In this document: positions 38,368 to 46,654 of the stretch, piece after piece
How the letters are laid out: every line of letters starts with the position of its first letter
Position numbering within the stretch: the first letter of the stretch is position 1
IMG/VR virus record: IMGVR_UViG_3300028392_000059
Coordinates: 11,365 to 75,364 of that record
Direction: 5' to 3' (one strand)
Length of the DNA: 64,000 nucleotides
From: a virus
The notes under the pieces: model-generated
What the model saw: the letters and a program-made list of their open reading frames with translations, nothing else
What the model was told of the DNA's origin: nothing
Databases searched by the model: none
Made by a program: the position numbers and the translations under genes

Positions 38368-38746
38368 CTGTTTGTTCCTCTAGCTTCGTTGTGTCAAGGC
38401 TGTAATGATAAGCAATAATACGCATTCCACTAATAAACTTTTCCATAAATAATCCTGCGCTTCGAGCAGCATTGTCATGGACATTTTGAAGCCGTGATAG
38501 GAAATCAAGATTATTCGTAGTGGATTCTATACCAGCCGCATCAACCATAGGCTTCGGTATATTTCTAATACCACACAGCTTATCTTTCCACATATCAATT
38601 TGGTCATCAGGAACAAGAACGCCTACAGCACAACGTAATTTATCATCTGTGAGATAATAACACTTACCAGTTGCTGAGATTGCTGGCTTGCCTTGTGCAA
38701 ATATCTTTTCAACAACAGTGTCAAACCACTTTTGGTATTTATTCAT
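38357..38746 (-). CDS. Hypothetical phage protein (CxY...RCAVGxLxPD family)
   Basis: ORF with AAGGAA RBS. Confidence 0.7.
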   Translation of the reverse strand: MNKYQKWFDTVVEKIFAQGKPAISATGKCYYLTDDKLRCAVGVLVPDDQIDMWKDKLCGIRNIPKPMVDAAGIESTTNNLDFLSRLQNVHDNAARSAGLFMEKFISGMRIIAYHYSLDTTKLEEQTDVG

Positions 38747-38757
38747 GGTCTTTTCCT

Positions 38758-38985
38758 TTAAAGTAGAATATCAGCAGCACTGTTTTTCTTTTGTACAGGT
38801 TTTGGGCTAGTATCAAAAAGCTGCTGAAGTTGAGTTAATACGCTAGCTTCATCAAGTCGACATTGAACAAGATCAATACTATTATCAGCATCAATTACAG
38901 CAACAACATCAAGATGCTGAAGCGCAATACTGTACAATGTCACTTGGAGATACCTCTCACGGCTAATAATAAGCCAATTAAGCAT
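38758..38985 (-). CDS. Hypothetical protein (75 aa)
   Basis: Start MLNWLII behind AGGAGG RBS. Confidence 0.6.
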   Translation of the reverse strand: MLNWLIISRERYLQVTLYSIALQHLDVVAVIDADNSIDLVQCRLDEASVLTQLQQLFDTSPKPVQKKNSAADILL

Positions 38986-39152
38986 CAGCTTCCTCCTATG
39001 ATTTTTCCATCTACTTTGAAAGTGGTTGCTCGTGGGTATACGTTCACGGTTGCTACACCGCAAGCAATATCTCGGGTATCTCGAAAGTCTATTTTGACGT
39101 TTAGGTGTTCGGGTATTTGTTTAAGTTTCTGAATTAACTCGTTTAATAGCAC
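38985..39152 (-). CDS. Hypothetical protein (55 aa)
   Basis: Hand-translated GTG start, MLLNELIQKLKQIPEHL...; TGATG overlap. Confidence 0.5.
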   Translation of the reverse strand: MLLNELIQKLKQIPEHLNVKIDFRDTRDIACGVATVNVYPRATTFKVDGKIIGGS

Positions 39153-39345
39153 GACGTTTCTCGCTCAAGAGTTTCTTTATTTGTGAAATAGCTTGTGCAA
39201 GTGTATTACCATAAGCATACACGAACCTGATATCATCCGCCCATACTTCAATAATAAATTCCCCATTATATCCAATACTAGCACGTGTAGCTTTAAACAT
39301 TTTAGTCAATTTGACTATATCTGCACCAACAATTTTAGTGTACAT
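39121..39345 (-). CDS. Hypothetical protein (74 aa)
   Basis: ORF track. Confidence 0.6.
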   Translation of the reverse strand: MYTKIVGADIVKLTKMFKATRASIGYNGEFIIEVWADDIRFVYAYGNTLAQAISQIKKLLSEKRRAIKRVNSET

Positions 39346-39346
39346 A

Positions 39347-39949
39347 TCAAAACTCTATAAAGTAATTTGTGAACTCTTTTCCATTCTTAACGCTTACACG
39401 TGCAGACCAGAAACCACGAAGGTCACCCTCTTTAAGGACAACACACGCCTCTTTATAAGAAATACGTGCTTGGTCCATCAAAGCCTCTGTGAACAAACGG
39501 TGTGTGAGAGCAGAGTCACCCAAGATACGCTTTGCACAAGCAAATAGCCGCCGCCTATCAAGGCCAGCCAAGGTATCAGTAAACTCGCGAGAAACAGTTT
39601 GATACTCATCGTTTTCATCTTTCGACCAGTACCTTCGTCGTTCACCCTCATTAATAAGCTCCGCACTCTTTTCATCAGTAAGTTCAAATTTCTTTGCAAC
39701 TTCACTAATAAGTTTTTCATAAGTATAAGGACCAGCGTCAACAACGTCTTTGATGTTAACAAGTTTAAACGGCAGAGTAACATTATCTTTTGAAATCTCA
39801 AGAATAACGTATTCACCACCACTGTCAAGTGACAGCTTAGCTTTTTCTAGAACAGTATTAATAAACGTTTCATTGAATATGCTCATTACTGCTGGCTCTT
39901 GTTCTACGTACTGATACGTAACTGACCAATCGTACATTATGGGTTCCAT
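39347..39949 (-). CDS. Hypothetical protein (about 200 aa)
   Basis: ORF track. Confidence 0.65.
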   Translation of the reverse strand: MEPIMYDWSVTYQYVEQEPAVMSIFNETFINTVLEKAKLSLDSGGEYVILEISKDNVTLPFKLVNIKDVVDAGPYTYEKLISEVAKKFELTDEKSAELINEGERRRYWSKDENDEYQTVSREFTDTLAGLDRRRLFACAKRILGDSALTHRLFTEALMDQARISYKEACVVLKEGDLRGFWSARVSVKNGKEFTNYFIEF

Positions 39950-40173
39950 CGAACATGAGTGTGATCACCAGATTCAAAAGTCTTTAGCATTGCAGCAGCT
40001 TCTTCCTCTGTACGAAAGTAACCGCTATCTCGTGAGCCTGGTTCATCAAAACCAAATTCAGAATTATGGTAAGTTGTACCAACATAATAACCTGCTGGAG
40101 ACTTCATTACTTTTAATTCGCTGTAACTATCAGCTTCTTCTAGATCAATTCGTGTTACTTGCAAACTTTTCAT
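39937..40173 (-). CDS. Conserved small phage protein (SxAGYYxG...EPxSRxSxY)
   Basis: Recognisable family, function unknown. Confidence 0.7.
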   Translation of the reverse strand: MKSLQVTRIDLEEADSYSELKVMKSPAGYYVGTTYHNSEFGFDEPGSRDSGYFRTEEEAAAMLKTFESGDHTHVRWNP

Positions 40174-40343
40174 GGCTTTTCTTCATGAGTATATTCAACA
40201 TAAACACACTTCATAACATAGGCTTTCTTTACATTTTGCGTGACAGCCCTAACGCGTGCTTCGCCAGCTTGGCATTCAAAAAGAGTTTCATAAGCGTGAT
40301 ACTGAGGTTGAAAACCAAGTATAAGTACTGCTGTTAACCACAT
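40170..40343 (-). CDS. Hypothetical protein (57 aa), possible signal peptide
   Basis: Hand-translated MWLTAVLILGFQPQ...C...C; overlaps both neighbours at start/stop. Confidence 0.55.
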   Translation of the reverse strand: MWLTAVLILGFQPQYHAYETLFECQAGEARVRAVTQNVKKAYVMKCVYVEYTHEEKP

Positions 40344-40564
40344 TACGAATTCCTAATATCTGGAAGAAAGGGAACTTCAGATTCACCCCAAAATGTCCAA
40401 CGCCACTTAGTGAAGCCTTTTTCACCGTCAGAAAGGTATGAACTATCAATCATACACTCAACACTTTCTGAACGTCGTTTAAGAAAACGAACAGGCAATG
40501 GCGGAACAGTAATAGTTTCAAGTGGTGCACCAAAGTCAAGTTGCGGCATAGATTTTTCTTTCAA
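40343..40564 (-). CDS. Hypothetical protein
   Basis: ORF track. Confidence 0.55.
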   Translation of the reverse strand: MKEKSMPQLDFGAPLETITVPPLPVRFLKRRSESVECMIDSSYLSDGEKGFTKWRWTFWGESEVPFLPDIRNS

Positions 40565-40585
40565 TATTTACGTTGATTTCTTTTG

Positions 40586-41185
40586 TTACTTAACCTCATT
40601 AACTGCGTGCTTAATCTTCACATTTGCAGCAGCAATATCATTCGGGCAAGCTACACTAACAACAGTAGCAGGTAGACGATAGGGCGATGTAAACAGATTA
40701 GGCTCAGACATGCTAGTAGAAGCTTCACCTGTTTCGGGATCAATCATCTTGATAACGCTAGCCGAACCTGAAGACGGGTGGTAAAGACCATCAGGATCAG
40801 GCTGCGCCATCATGTATGTACCATCTGCTGTCATATCGTCAGGACCAAAACGAAGGTACTGAGGGAACTCAGGCGCGGTAAACTGTGTACCCATAGAAAT
40901 AGAATAACCTACCGCCTGACCAATACAGATGAACTTACCGTCAAGCCCTTGCGCGTATACATACGTAAGGACAGTCTTGTCCATATCTTCGTATGCATCC
41001 TTCAGTACCTGACGCTGGGAGTAGTTGGTAACAGCAGGATAACCAACCTTACGATCACCAGCATTCATTGTACCACGAGTTGCCTTACCCTGACGCATTG
41101 CTGCAGGATCAGAAGTCTGCCAATCACCACAGGCAGAAAGAAGCGACATAAGAGCGACTGCAATAATAAACTTACGCATGATCAA
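40586..41185 (-). CDS. Putative lipoprotein
   Basis: MRKFIIAVALMSLLSAC lipobox. Confidence 0.7.
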   Translation of the reverse strand: MIMRKFIIAVALMSLLSACGDWQTSDPAAMRQGKATRGTMNAGDRKVGYPAVTNYSQRQVLKDAYEDMDKTVLTYVYAQGLDGKFICIGQAVGYSISMGTQFTAPEFPQYLRFGPDDMTADGTYMMAQPDPDGLYHPSSGSASVIKMIDPETGEASTSMSEPNLFTSPYRLPATVVSVACPNDIAAANVKIKHAVNEVK

Positions 41186-41490
41186 TATTCCTTTGCTTCA
41201 GTGATGCAAGTCTGGTTATCAGGGAGAACGATACCTTTGAAAGTATCTGCAGTCGTTCGAATGAGTGCTGCAAGTCCCTTCTTGTTACTGTCTTCCTTGT
41301 GAAACTCATAGCAATAATGTGAGAGATCGCGATTGACACCTTCATTATATTCACGACTAGTGTCGTAAACTTGTGAACGTGTTTCTTCACGAACCTTTTG
41401 AATCTGTCGATCTGCAAAAAGGCCAAAGGATGTAAGTGCAAACCAAACAACGATAACAGCAAAAATGCCGAGGATAACATTTTTAATCAT
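41182..41490 (-). CDS. Membrane-anchored protein coupled to the lipoprotein gene
   Basis: N-terminal TM helix; two Cys. Confidence 0.65.
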   Translation of the reverse strand: MIKNVILGIFAVIVVWFALTSFGLFADRQIQKVREETRSQVYDTSREYNEGVNRDLSHYCYEFHKEDSNKKGLAALIRTTADTFKGIVLPDNQTCITEAKEY

Positions 41491-41750
41491 ACAAGCTCCG
41501 TCCGTGTAACTGCATTTGTTTCAAGCACTTCAAGTGCCTGGAGAACATAAAACTTTTGGCCAGGGTTGTTGGCAGCTAAGCGTGTAGCTTCTGTAACAGC
41601 CGCTGCACGTGACTGATGGCGAACAGCAGGTGCTCTTCCACCTTCACCATACACCATGTAAAATGCTCGTGTCATAGTTTTCTTTTTCCTTTCTTCTGCC
41701 ATACGCTCATTAAAATCGTATAGTGCTTGAACAGCAAGTGGATTAATGTC
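41487..41750 (-). CDS. Hypothetical phage protein (start uncertain)
   Basis: APAVRHQSRAAAVTEATRLA...PGQKFYVLQ family pattern. Confidence 0.6.
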   Translation of the reverse strand, partial: DINPLAVQALYDFNERMAEERKKKTMTRAFYMVYGEGGRAPAVRHQSRAAAVTEATRLAANNPGQKFYVLQALEVLETNAVTRTELV

Positions 41751-41976
41751 CATTGAACAAGCTTTCAATAGTGTTAAGACTCGTACGAAATGCTTCAAGA
41801 GGAATAGTGTTAGCAAAAGTAATCACAATATCAGGCTCTACAACAGGCGCAAACAAACGTTCGCCTACTACGGCAAGTTCTTCATTCTTAAAGAACATGA
41901 TAGCAGGCTGCATTTCACCATGATAACCTGCAACAAGCGTCCATTCACCGTTACCAACATTAATTTTAGTTTGCAA
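41743..41976 (-). CDS. Hypothetical protein (77 aa)
   Basis: ORF track. Confidence 0.55.
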   Translation of the reverse strand: MQTKINVGNGEWTLVAGYHGEMQPAIMFFKNEELAVVGERLFAPVVEPDIVITFANTIPLEAFRTSLNTIESLFNGH

Positions 41977-42451
41977 GCATATTTCCTAACGCAATAGCTG
42001 AGAGAATAAGTGCGACAATATAAGGCCACACTGGTGGTTCGTTTGGTGGAATTGTTGTAACGTCTTTATAGTGTTTAAAGAACACTTTGCCTTCATTATT
42101 ATATTCTACAGTTATACAATTACTATCTGTAGATTTTTTAGGACGAAACAACATGCCATTAAAGAAACAATCGGAACGCGATTGATATGCTTTTTGCCAC
42201 TTGATACCGTTGTCTAATGTAGCATCATGTTCTTTTGTTTCATGTACCAGGTTAGCACGTGCTTTATCACACTCTGTTTTGTAATGTGCAACAAGTGTTT
42301 GAAGACTAATAAGATGATTTGTGAGAAAATTCAAAACATAGTACATTGTCAAATGACTTTGAACAACTGTACCATTGTTTGAAATTGTAAATTCTCGTCT
42401 ACCTTCAATCTCTATTAACTCTCCTGAAGTAGTTTCAAAGGCTACTTTCAT
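41966..42451 (-). CDS. Hypothetical protein with C-terminal TM anchor
   Basis: Start MKVAFET behind GGAG RBS. Confidence 0.6.
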   Translation of the reverse strand: MKVAFETTSGELIEIEGRREFTISNNGTVVQSHLTMYYVLNFLTNHLISLQTLVAHYKTECDKARANLVHETKEHDATLDNGIKWQKAYQSRSDCFFNGMLFRPKKSTDSNCITVEYNNEGKVFFKHYKDVTTIPPNEPPVWPYIVALILSAIALGNMLAN

Positions 42452-42746
42452 TGATTTTCTCCAGATACCAAAGATATGCTGTTGTTGCACCAATCAAACC
42501 TACCTTCCACCCTAGAAGCTTACCTTTCTTGTAAGCATGGAGCGTCGGAGCAGCTACGATTTTACAACGATGCGCAATATCCGCGTAAGTATCAATATCA
42601 ACTGTATAGATATCAGTCTCGACAATTTTAAGCCGATTGAACAAATCCACTGAAGGACTTGCCCAATCGGCCCAAAATAATACTAAAGCTGTATCTAACG
42701 AAGATATTGTACTATCAAACGTATCAGATACAAGCGGTTTAAGCAT
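42435..42746 (-). CDS. Thioredoxin-fold protein lacking both active-site cysteines
   Basis: LVLFWADWASPS in place of WxxWCxxC; TVDID and IVAAPTL cis-Pro loop. Confidence 0.75.
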   Translation of the reverse strand: MLKPLVSDTFDSTISSLDTALVLFWADWASPSVDLFNRLKIVETDIYTVDIDTYADIAHRCKIVAAPTLHAYKKGKLLGWKVGLIGATTAYLWYLEKINESSL

Positions 42747-43046
42747 TTACAGTGTCTTCAACACTTCATCAACGTTTGCAAAAAGCGGATGGTTAGACTG
42801 CTCCAAAGCCTTGCGAATGACTTCCTGACGCTTATCAGAAGGCCAATTAATAGAACCTTGAATGACCACATTAAGAACGTCGGCAATCACTTCGATAGTG
42901 TTCTCAGGATGGATTGCGAAGTGCGCGGCCATAGTGTCTACTGAACTATTGACGTCAGAGGGTGTGACGACGACCGCCGGAGCACTGGAGGCATCCGCAG
43001 GTGCATTTCCCGCACCGTTGTCTTCCACGAAAAATTCTTCAGCCAT
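42747..43046 (-). CDS. Acidic hypothetical protein (99 aa)
   Basis: ORF track; GAGG RBS. Confidence 0.65.
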   Translation of the reverse strand: MAEEFFVEDNGAGNAPADASSAPAVVVTPSDVNSSVDTMAAHFAIHPENTIEVIADVLNVVIQGSINWPSDKRQEVIRKALEQSNHPLFANVDEVLKTL

Positions 43047-43239
43047 TAATCAATTCCTCTTCATTGGTGAAATCAAGATAATCATTGCGCATTGCAATCT
43101 TATCTTCTAGTGGCGCATTTAGATAGCCGTTGAAACCATCTATATACTCTTGTGGTTTAGTGGATAGCAGCGGATTAAGCCCAAGATGAGCAGCATTCCA
43201 TCCACTAGTGTATGTATCAGAAAATGGTGGCGTTGGCAT
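43039..43239 (-). CDS. Hypothetical protein (66 aa)
   Basis: ORF track. Confidence 0.55.
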   Translation of the reverse strand: MPTPPFSDTYTSGWNAAHLGLNPLLSTKPQEYIDGFNGYLNAPLEDKIAMRNDYLDFTNEEELING

Positions 43240-43633
43240 ACGTTACACCATTATACCTAATTTTGAAAGTAGCACCTTCGTTATTCAACGCGTCTACAAT
43301 ACCATGAATATTAAAACGTGATACATGAATATAGAGTGTATTCAAAATATCTTGCACATCACGTTTTCTATCATCATTCAAAATGTTGTAACGCAACACG
43401 AGCGCATGAATAAGAGCATACAACGCTTTGTTAAGGTCGTTTACACCTTCATTTGTGACTTTGGAACCGTTACCCCATTTTGCATTTTTAAGTACCGTGT
43501 TTGCGACCTTAGTTGCAGCACGATACAGATGATTAGTGTCCATAGAGTATGGATCATTTAGGCGACCATTGCTGTCTACCCATTTAAAATCATGCGGGAT
43601 TTTACCCTGCAAGATATGTGTGTTAATGAACAT
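43217..43633 (-). CDS. Hypothetical protein (138 aa)
   Basis: ORF track; GAGG RBS. Confidence 0.65.
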   Translation of the reverse strand: MFINTHILQGKIPHDFKWVDSNGRLNDPYSMDTNHLYRAATKVANTVLKNAKWGNGSKVTNEGVNDLNKALYALIHALVLRYNILNDDRKRDVQDILNTLYIHVSRFNIHGIVDALNNEGATFKIRYNGVTYANATIF

Positions 43634-43648
43634 AGTGTATCCTCTAAA

Positions 43649-43722
43649 TGGTGCTCTTACTCAGAATCGAACTGAGATATCCGCGTTACAAAGGCGGCGC
43701 TCTACCATTGAGCTATAAGAGC
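43649..43722 (-). tRNA. tRNA-Thr (anticodon TGT), CCA encoded
   Basis: GCTCTTA-TA-GCTC-AATGGTA-GAGC-G-CCGCC-TTTGTAA-CGCGG-ATAT-CTCAG-TTCGATT-CTGAG-TAAGAGC-ACCA. Confidence 0.92.
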
Positions 43723-43723
43723 A

Positions 43724-43809
43724 TGGTGCGCATGACTGGACTCGAACCAGCACGTCTAAAAGACACAAGATTTTAAGTCTCGGGCGTCTACCAATTCCGC
43801 CACACGCGC
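43724..43809 (-). tRNA. tRNA-Leu (anticodon TAA), long variable arm, CCA encoded
   Basis: GCGCGTG...GAATTGGTAGA...CGAGA-CTTAAAA-TCTTG...GCTGG-TTCGAGT-CCAGT-CATGCGC-ACCA. Confidence 0.93.
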
Positions 43810-43815
43810 ACTGAG

Positions 43816-44196
43816 CTATAAGATCAAAAGCTTTTTATACCAATCAGAGATATATGTGTAGATACTTGGAGCACATTCTCTTAAACGTGCCCTTCCTGTA
43901 CCTATACCATCTTCTGGCCAGTAGACTGTTTTACCTGCTTTTAAATGACGTTGCAACTTCAAAAAAGCTGTATCAATTTTCACTTGCACTTTAAAGAAAT
44001 CATCTTCAGAAAAGAATGCTTCAGCTTTATTACTCGGCAACCATTTTGTTGGGATACCTACAGTATTAGGCTCACCGCATGCTTCTTTAGCTTGACCACG
44101 CCACCCGTTACCTTGCATATTACTACCATACACAAAAATATCGTCTGGATGTGCTCTAATAAATTCTCTAGTGTAGTGTTTGATTTGCTTAATCAC
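43816..44196 (-). CDS. Conserved phage protein, possible divergent macrodomain-like fold
   Basis: IFVYGSN..G.G..GQA...GIPTK...GIGTG. Confidence 0.55.
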   Translation of the reverse strand: MIKQIKHYTREFIRAHPDDIFVYGSNMQGNGWRGQAKEACGEPNTVGIPTKWLPSNKAEAFFSEDDFFKVQVKIDTAFLKLQRHLKAGKTVYWPEDGIGTGRARLRECAPSIYTYISDWYKKLLIL

Positions 44197-44748
44197 GCAG
44201 CTAACGACGCACTATTTGCATGATACGCAGTCGAATGAATGAAGCCTGTCTCAGTGTAAAAACCCCAATCACGGTCTTTTTGCAATGATGCAAACACAGT
44301 CAAACAACCTGGCGATGTATCTACAATAGCATGAACAGAACTACTATCACGTAGAATGATATCACCCTCATGGCGTCTTTCGACGCCAATGAACTTATTG
44401 CTACCTGTTTCATACACATTTTCATCGTACCAACCAGATACAATTAAAGATGCATTTGGCCACGGATGGCAATGAGGGTCATCACGATCAGGGCGCGCGT
44501 ATTGATGAATATAAATGTTTTCTACTTCTGACGCCATCACACCAAAGTAATGCAAAGGCATAGAAGGGTCATCATACACAGGTACCATAGCCTTACGACT
44601 CAACATCCATCGGTTAATGTATGGTGAACCGTTACGACTAATGATTTGATTAGGCGTTCTACTATTAACAATGCCGCTAACAAAGTTTTGAGCAAAAACC
44701 TAAAAGGATAGGTGGAAGTGCTTCTCGCACAACAGTAAAGTCAGTCAT
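44193..44748 (-). pseudogene. Cupin-like gene interrupted by a 1-nt frameshift near 44694-44698
   Basis: The coupled ATG at 44748 is out of frame with the cupin body (HCHPW...H) by one extra T in a T5 run. Confidence 0.55.
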
Positions 44749-44921
44749 TCAACAACCTTTAGTGGAGGTAGGCTTGCGCGTAATTCTCGACGCTCACTCC
44801 TAAGTCTTTGAAGTTCTATCGAAGCATCGTAATTAGTAGCCTTACCATCGCGCTGCTCTTTCTTGACAAACAGAATTCGATCTGATATTTGGTTTAATCT
44901 TTTGAGAGTATCCGTGACCAT
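44745..44921 (-). CDS. Hypothetical protein (58 aa)
   Basis: Hand-translated MVTDTLKRLNQISDRI...; ATGA overlap with next start. Confidence 0.5.
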   Translation of the reverse strand: MVTDTLKRLNQISDRILFVKKEQRDGKATNYDASIELQRLRSERRELRASLPPLKVVE

Positions 44922-45183
44922 ACATTAGCCTCTTAGCTTCGTCTCTACTAACACCTAAGTCTTTAGCAATGATATCATAAAAGCTTTTACCATGACAACG
45001 CACAGGTAGCATAATTTCTGCACAGGGATTTGTTTCAATCTGAGCAGAGCGACGATCACCAGCATTGTAAATAGCTTCGTATTCTTGCATAAACCTTACA
45101 TCATCAATGCAATACTTACGATATTCATCAACCCAAACGTCACGATTAAAGCTGTAAGACTCAAAGTCCCAAGTTAGAAAGGG
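44842..45183 (-). CDS. Motif-mosaic reading frame (DNA polymerase- and RNR-like motifs); first ATG at 45090
   Basis: WDFESYS, YRKYCIDDVR, TNPCAEI and DIIAKDLGVSRDEAKRLMYG in one open frame. Confidence 0.5.
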   Translation of the reverse strand, partial: PFLTWDFESYSFNRDVWVDEYRKYCIDDVRFMQEYEAIYNAGDRRSAQIETNPCAEIMLPVRCHGKSFYDIIAKDLGVSRDEAKRLMYGHGYSQKIKPNIRSNSVCQERAARW

Positions 45184-45446
45184 CTGCCAACAAGTTCGTT
45201 TACCTCTTTTTCGAAAGTAGTAATAGAATCAGTATCGAGCAAATGATCATCATCATCTGTAGCGAACGAAAACAGACGCGTATTAAGATCATTGACTTCA
45301 GCCAGCTTTTCGTTAAGCCTCTTAATTTCTGCTTCAATACTGACAACAGATTTGTTCAAACGAACATGAGAGGCCTCAAGACGTTTAGCACCTTGATCGC
45401 GAGCGGCTTCACGAGTATCATTAAGATGTTCTTCAAAATATGACAT
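45174..45446 (-). CDS. Coiled-coil hypothetical protein (90 aa)
   Basis: Start MSYFEEHL behind AAGGA RBS. Confidence 0.65.
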   Translation of the reverse strand: MSYFEEHLNDTREAARDQGAKRLEASHVRLNKSVVSIEAEIKRLNEKLAEVNDLNTRLFSFATDDDDHLLDTDSITTFEKEVNELVGSPF

Positions 45447-45469
45447 AAATATTCCTTTTATTTGCATTT

Positions 45470-45500
45470 AAAATGGGGAGACCAAATTAATGATCTCCCC
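45470..45500 (-). terminator. Probable terminator
   Basis: Sense GGGGAGATCA-TTAATT-TGGTCTCCCC-ATTTT. Confidence 0.65.
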
Positions 45501-45510
45501 AAGGTATTGA

Positions 45511-46086
45511 TTACGCAGTGCCAGCAGGTGCTTCGGCAGCAGCCTTAGCTTCCTTCTCAGCCTTCTGCTTTGCACGGTAGGCTTCAAGTGCATTAACAGC
45601 ATTCGGCGAAACTTCACGCTTCACAACACCAGCCTTATAAGCGGCAAGGATAGGCTCCTTGTTCTCAATGATAAAGCCAGCAAGCTTTTCATTACCGTCA
45701 GCAGCAGTCGTGAGGATTTCAAGCGCAGCAGCACTCTTCTCTTCATCAGTCATGCGCTTAACCGACGGCCAACGGAACGAAGTAGCGATAGCCTCCGAAT
45801 TGTCAATAATAAACTGGGTGTCCTTAGCACCAGCCTTAGTGACAGCGGCAAGAGCTGCTTCCAGCTTCTTGATATCGCTCTTGGTAACACGCTGAATAAC
45901 GCCAGCTTCAAACGCGGTTTCCACAGTTTCCTGATTATCAACCAGCCACGAAACAAGCTTATCGTTGTCTGCGATAAACGTCTTCAGGGCTTCTGTAATC
46001 TTCGGACGACGCATAAAGGCCATAGCTTCAGCCTTGGTCTCAAAGCTCTGATCGCCAACCTGGAAAACCTGCTTAAGTTCAGTCAT
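45511..46086 (-). CDS. Highly expressed hypothetical protein with internal helical repeats (191 aa)
   Basis: Start MTELKQ behind GAGG RBS; capsid-like codon bias; own promoter motif and terminator. Confidence 0.75.
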   Translation of the reverse strand: MTELKQVFQVGDQSFETKAEAMAFMRRPKITEALKTFIADNDKLVSWLVDNQETVETAFEAGVIQRVTKSDIKKLEAALAAVTKAGAKDTQFIIDNSEAIATSFRWPSVKRMTDEEKSAAALEILTTAADGNEKLAGFIIENKEPILAAYKAGVVKREVSPNAVNALEAYRAKQKAEKEAKAAAEAPAGTA

Positions 46087-46176
46087 GTTAATGTATTCCT
46101 CTAAACGATAAAAAATATGCACCCTACAATGTGGGCATATCATAATGAGATAAGTGAATTATCCCGAAGTCCCTAT

Positions 46177-46204
46177 CCCACAAGTGGGTTAATTTAACGG
46201 GGTC
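46177..46204 (-). promoter_or_regulatory. Putative phage RNAP promoter
   Basis: Sense GACCCCGTTAAATTAACCCA-CTTG-TGGG. Confidence 0.75.
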
Positions 46205-46372
46205 CGGGAGGGTTGGCCACTTGGCTCGTAATCGTTCAGACAAAAGAAAGCGAGTTGCCCAGACTTATATAGCTCGCACGCTTGTAACAGATCTTTAGTA
46301 TTTCGTAGCACAGCTGACGGTATATGTGTGCTCAGTGTCTAGAATACTTTAAGAAAGTTACGGGCACTTAGG

Positions 46373-46654
46373 TTACGTTGTAATCTTCAACTGAGTATTG
46401 ATACGATCCCTAATATCAACAGCAATCGCGTGCCACAGCTGAGGTGACACAATTGCCATACTTTCAGGATCTTCTGGTCCAGGCGCACTAGCAGCTACCG
46501 TAGTAGAGTAATGCCGGATAGCTTCCATAATGAACGCTTGACACATACCACCATAAGGTGATACATTCATAATGTTCAAAATAAAACCTTCATTAGTATT
46601 AAAACGAGGTTGCTTTGCTCGCTCTACTCGAATTGCATCTTGGATTGAAGTCAA
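46373..46654 (-). CDS. Hypothetical protein (93 aa)
   Basis: ORF track. Confidence 0.6.
   Translation of the reverse strand: MTSIQDAIRVERAKQPRFNTNEGFILNIMNVSPYGGMCQAFIMEAIRHYSTTVAASAPGPEDPESMAIVSPQLWHAIAVDIRDRINTQLKITT

Noticed and set aside
46205-46372. Possible small ORF or ncRNA upstream of the promoter copy
   Set aside because: No convincing start with RBS and no clear structure
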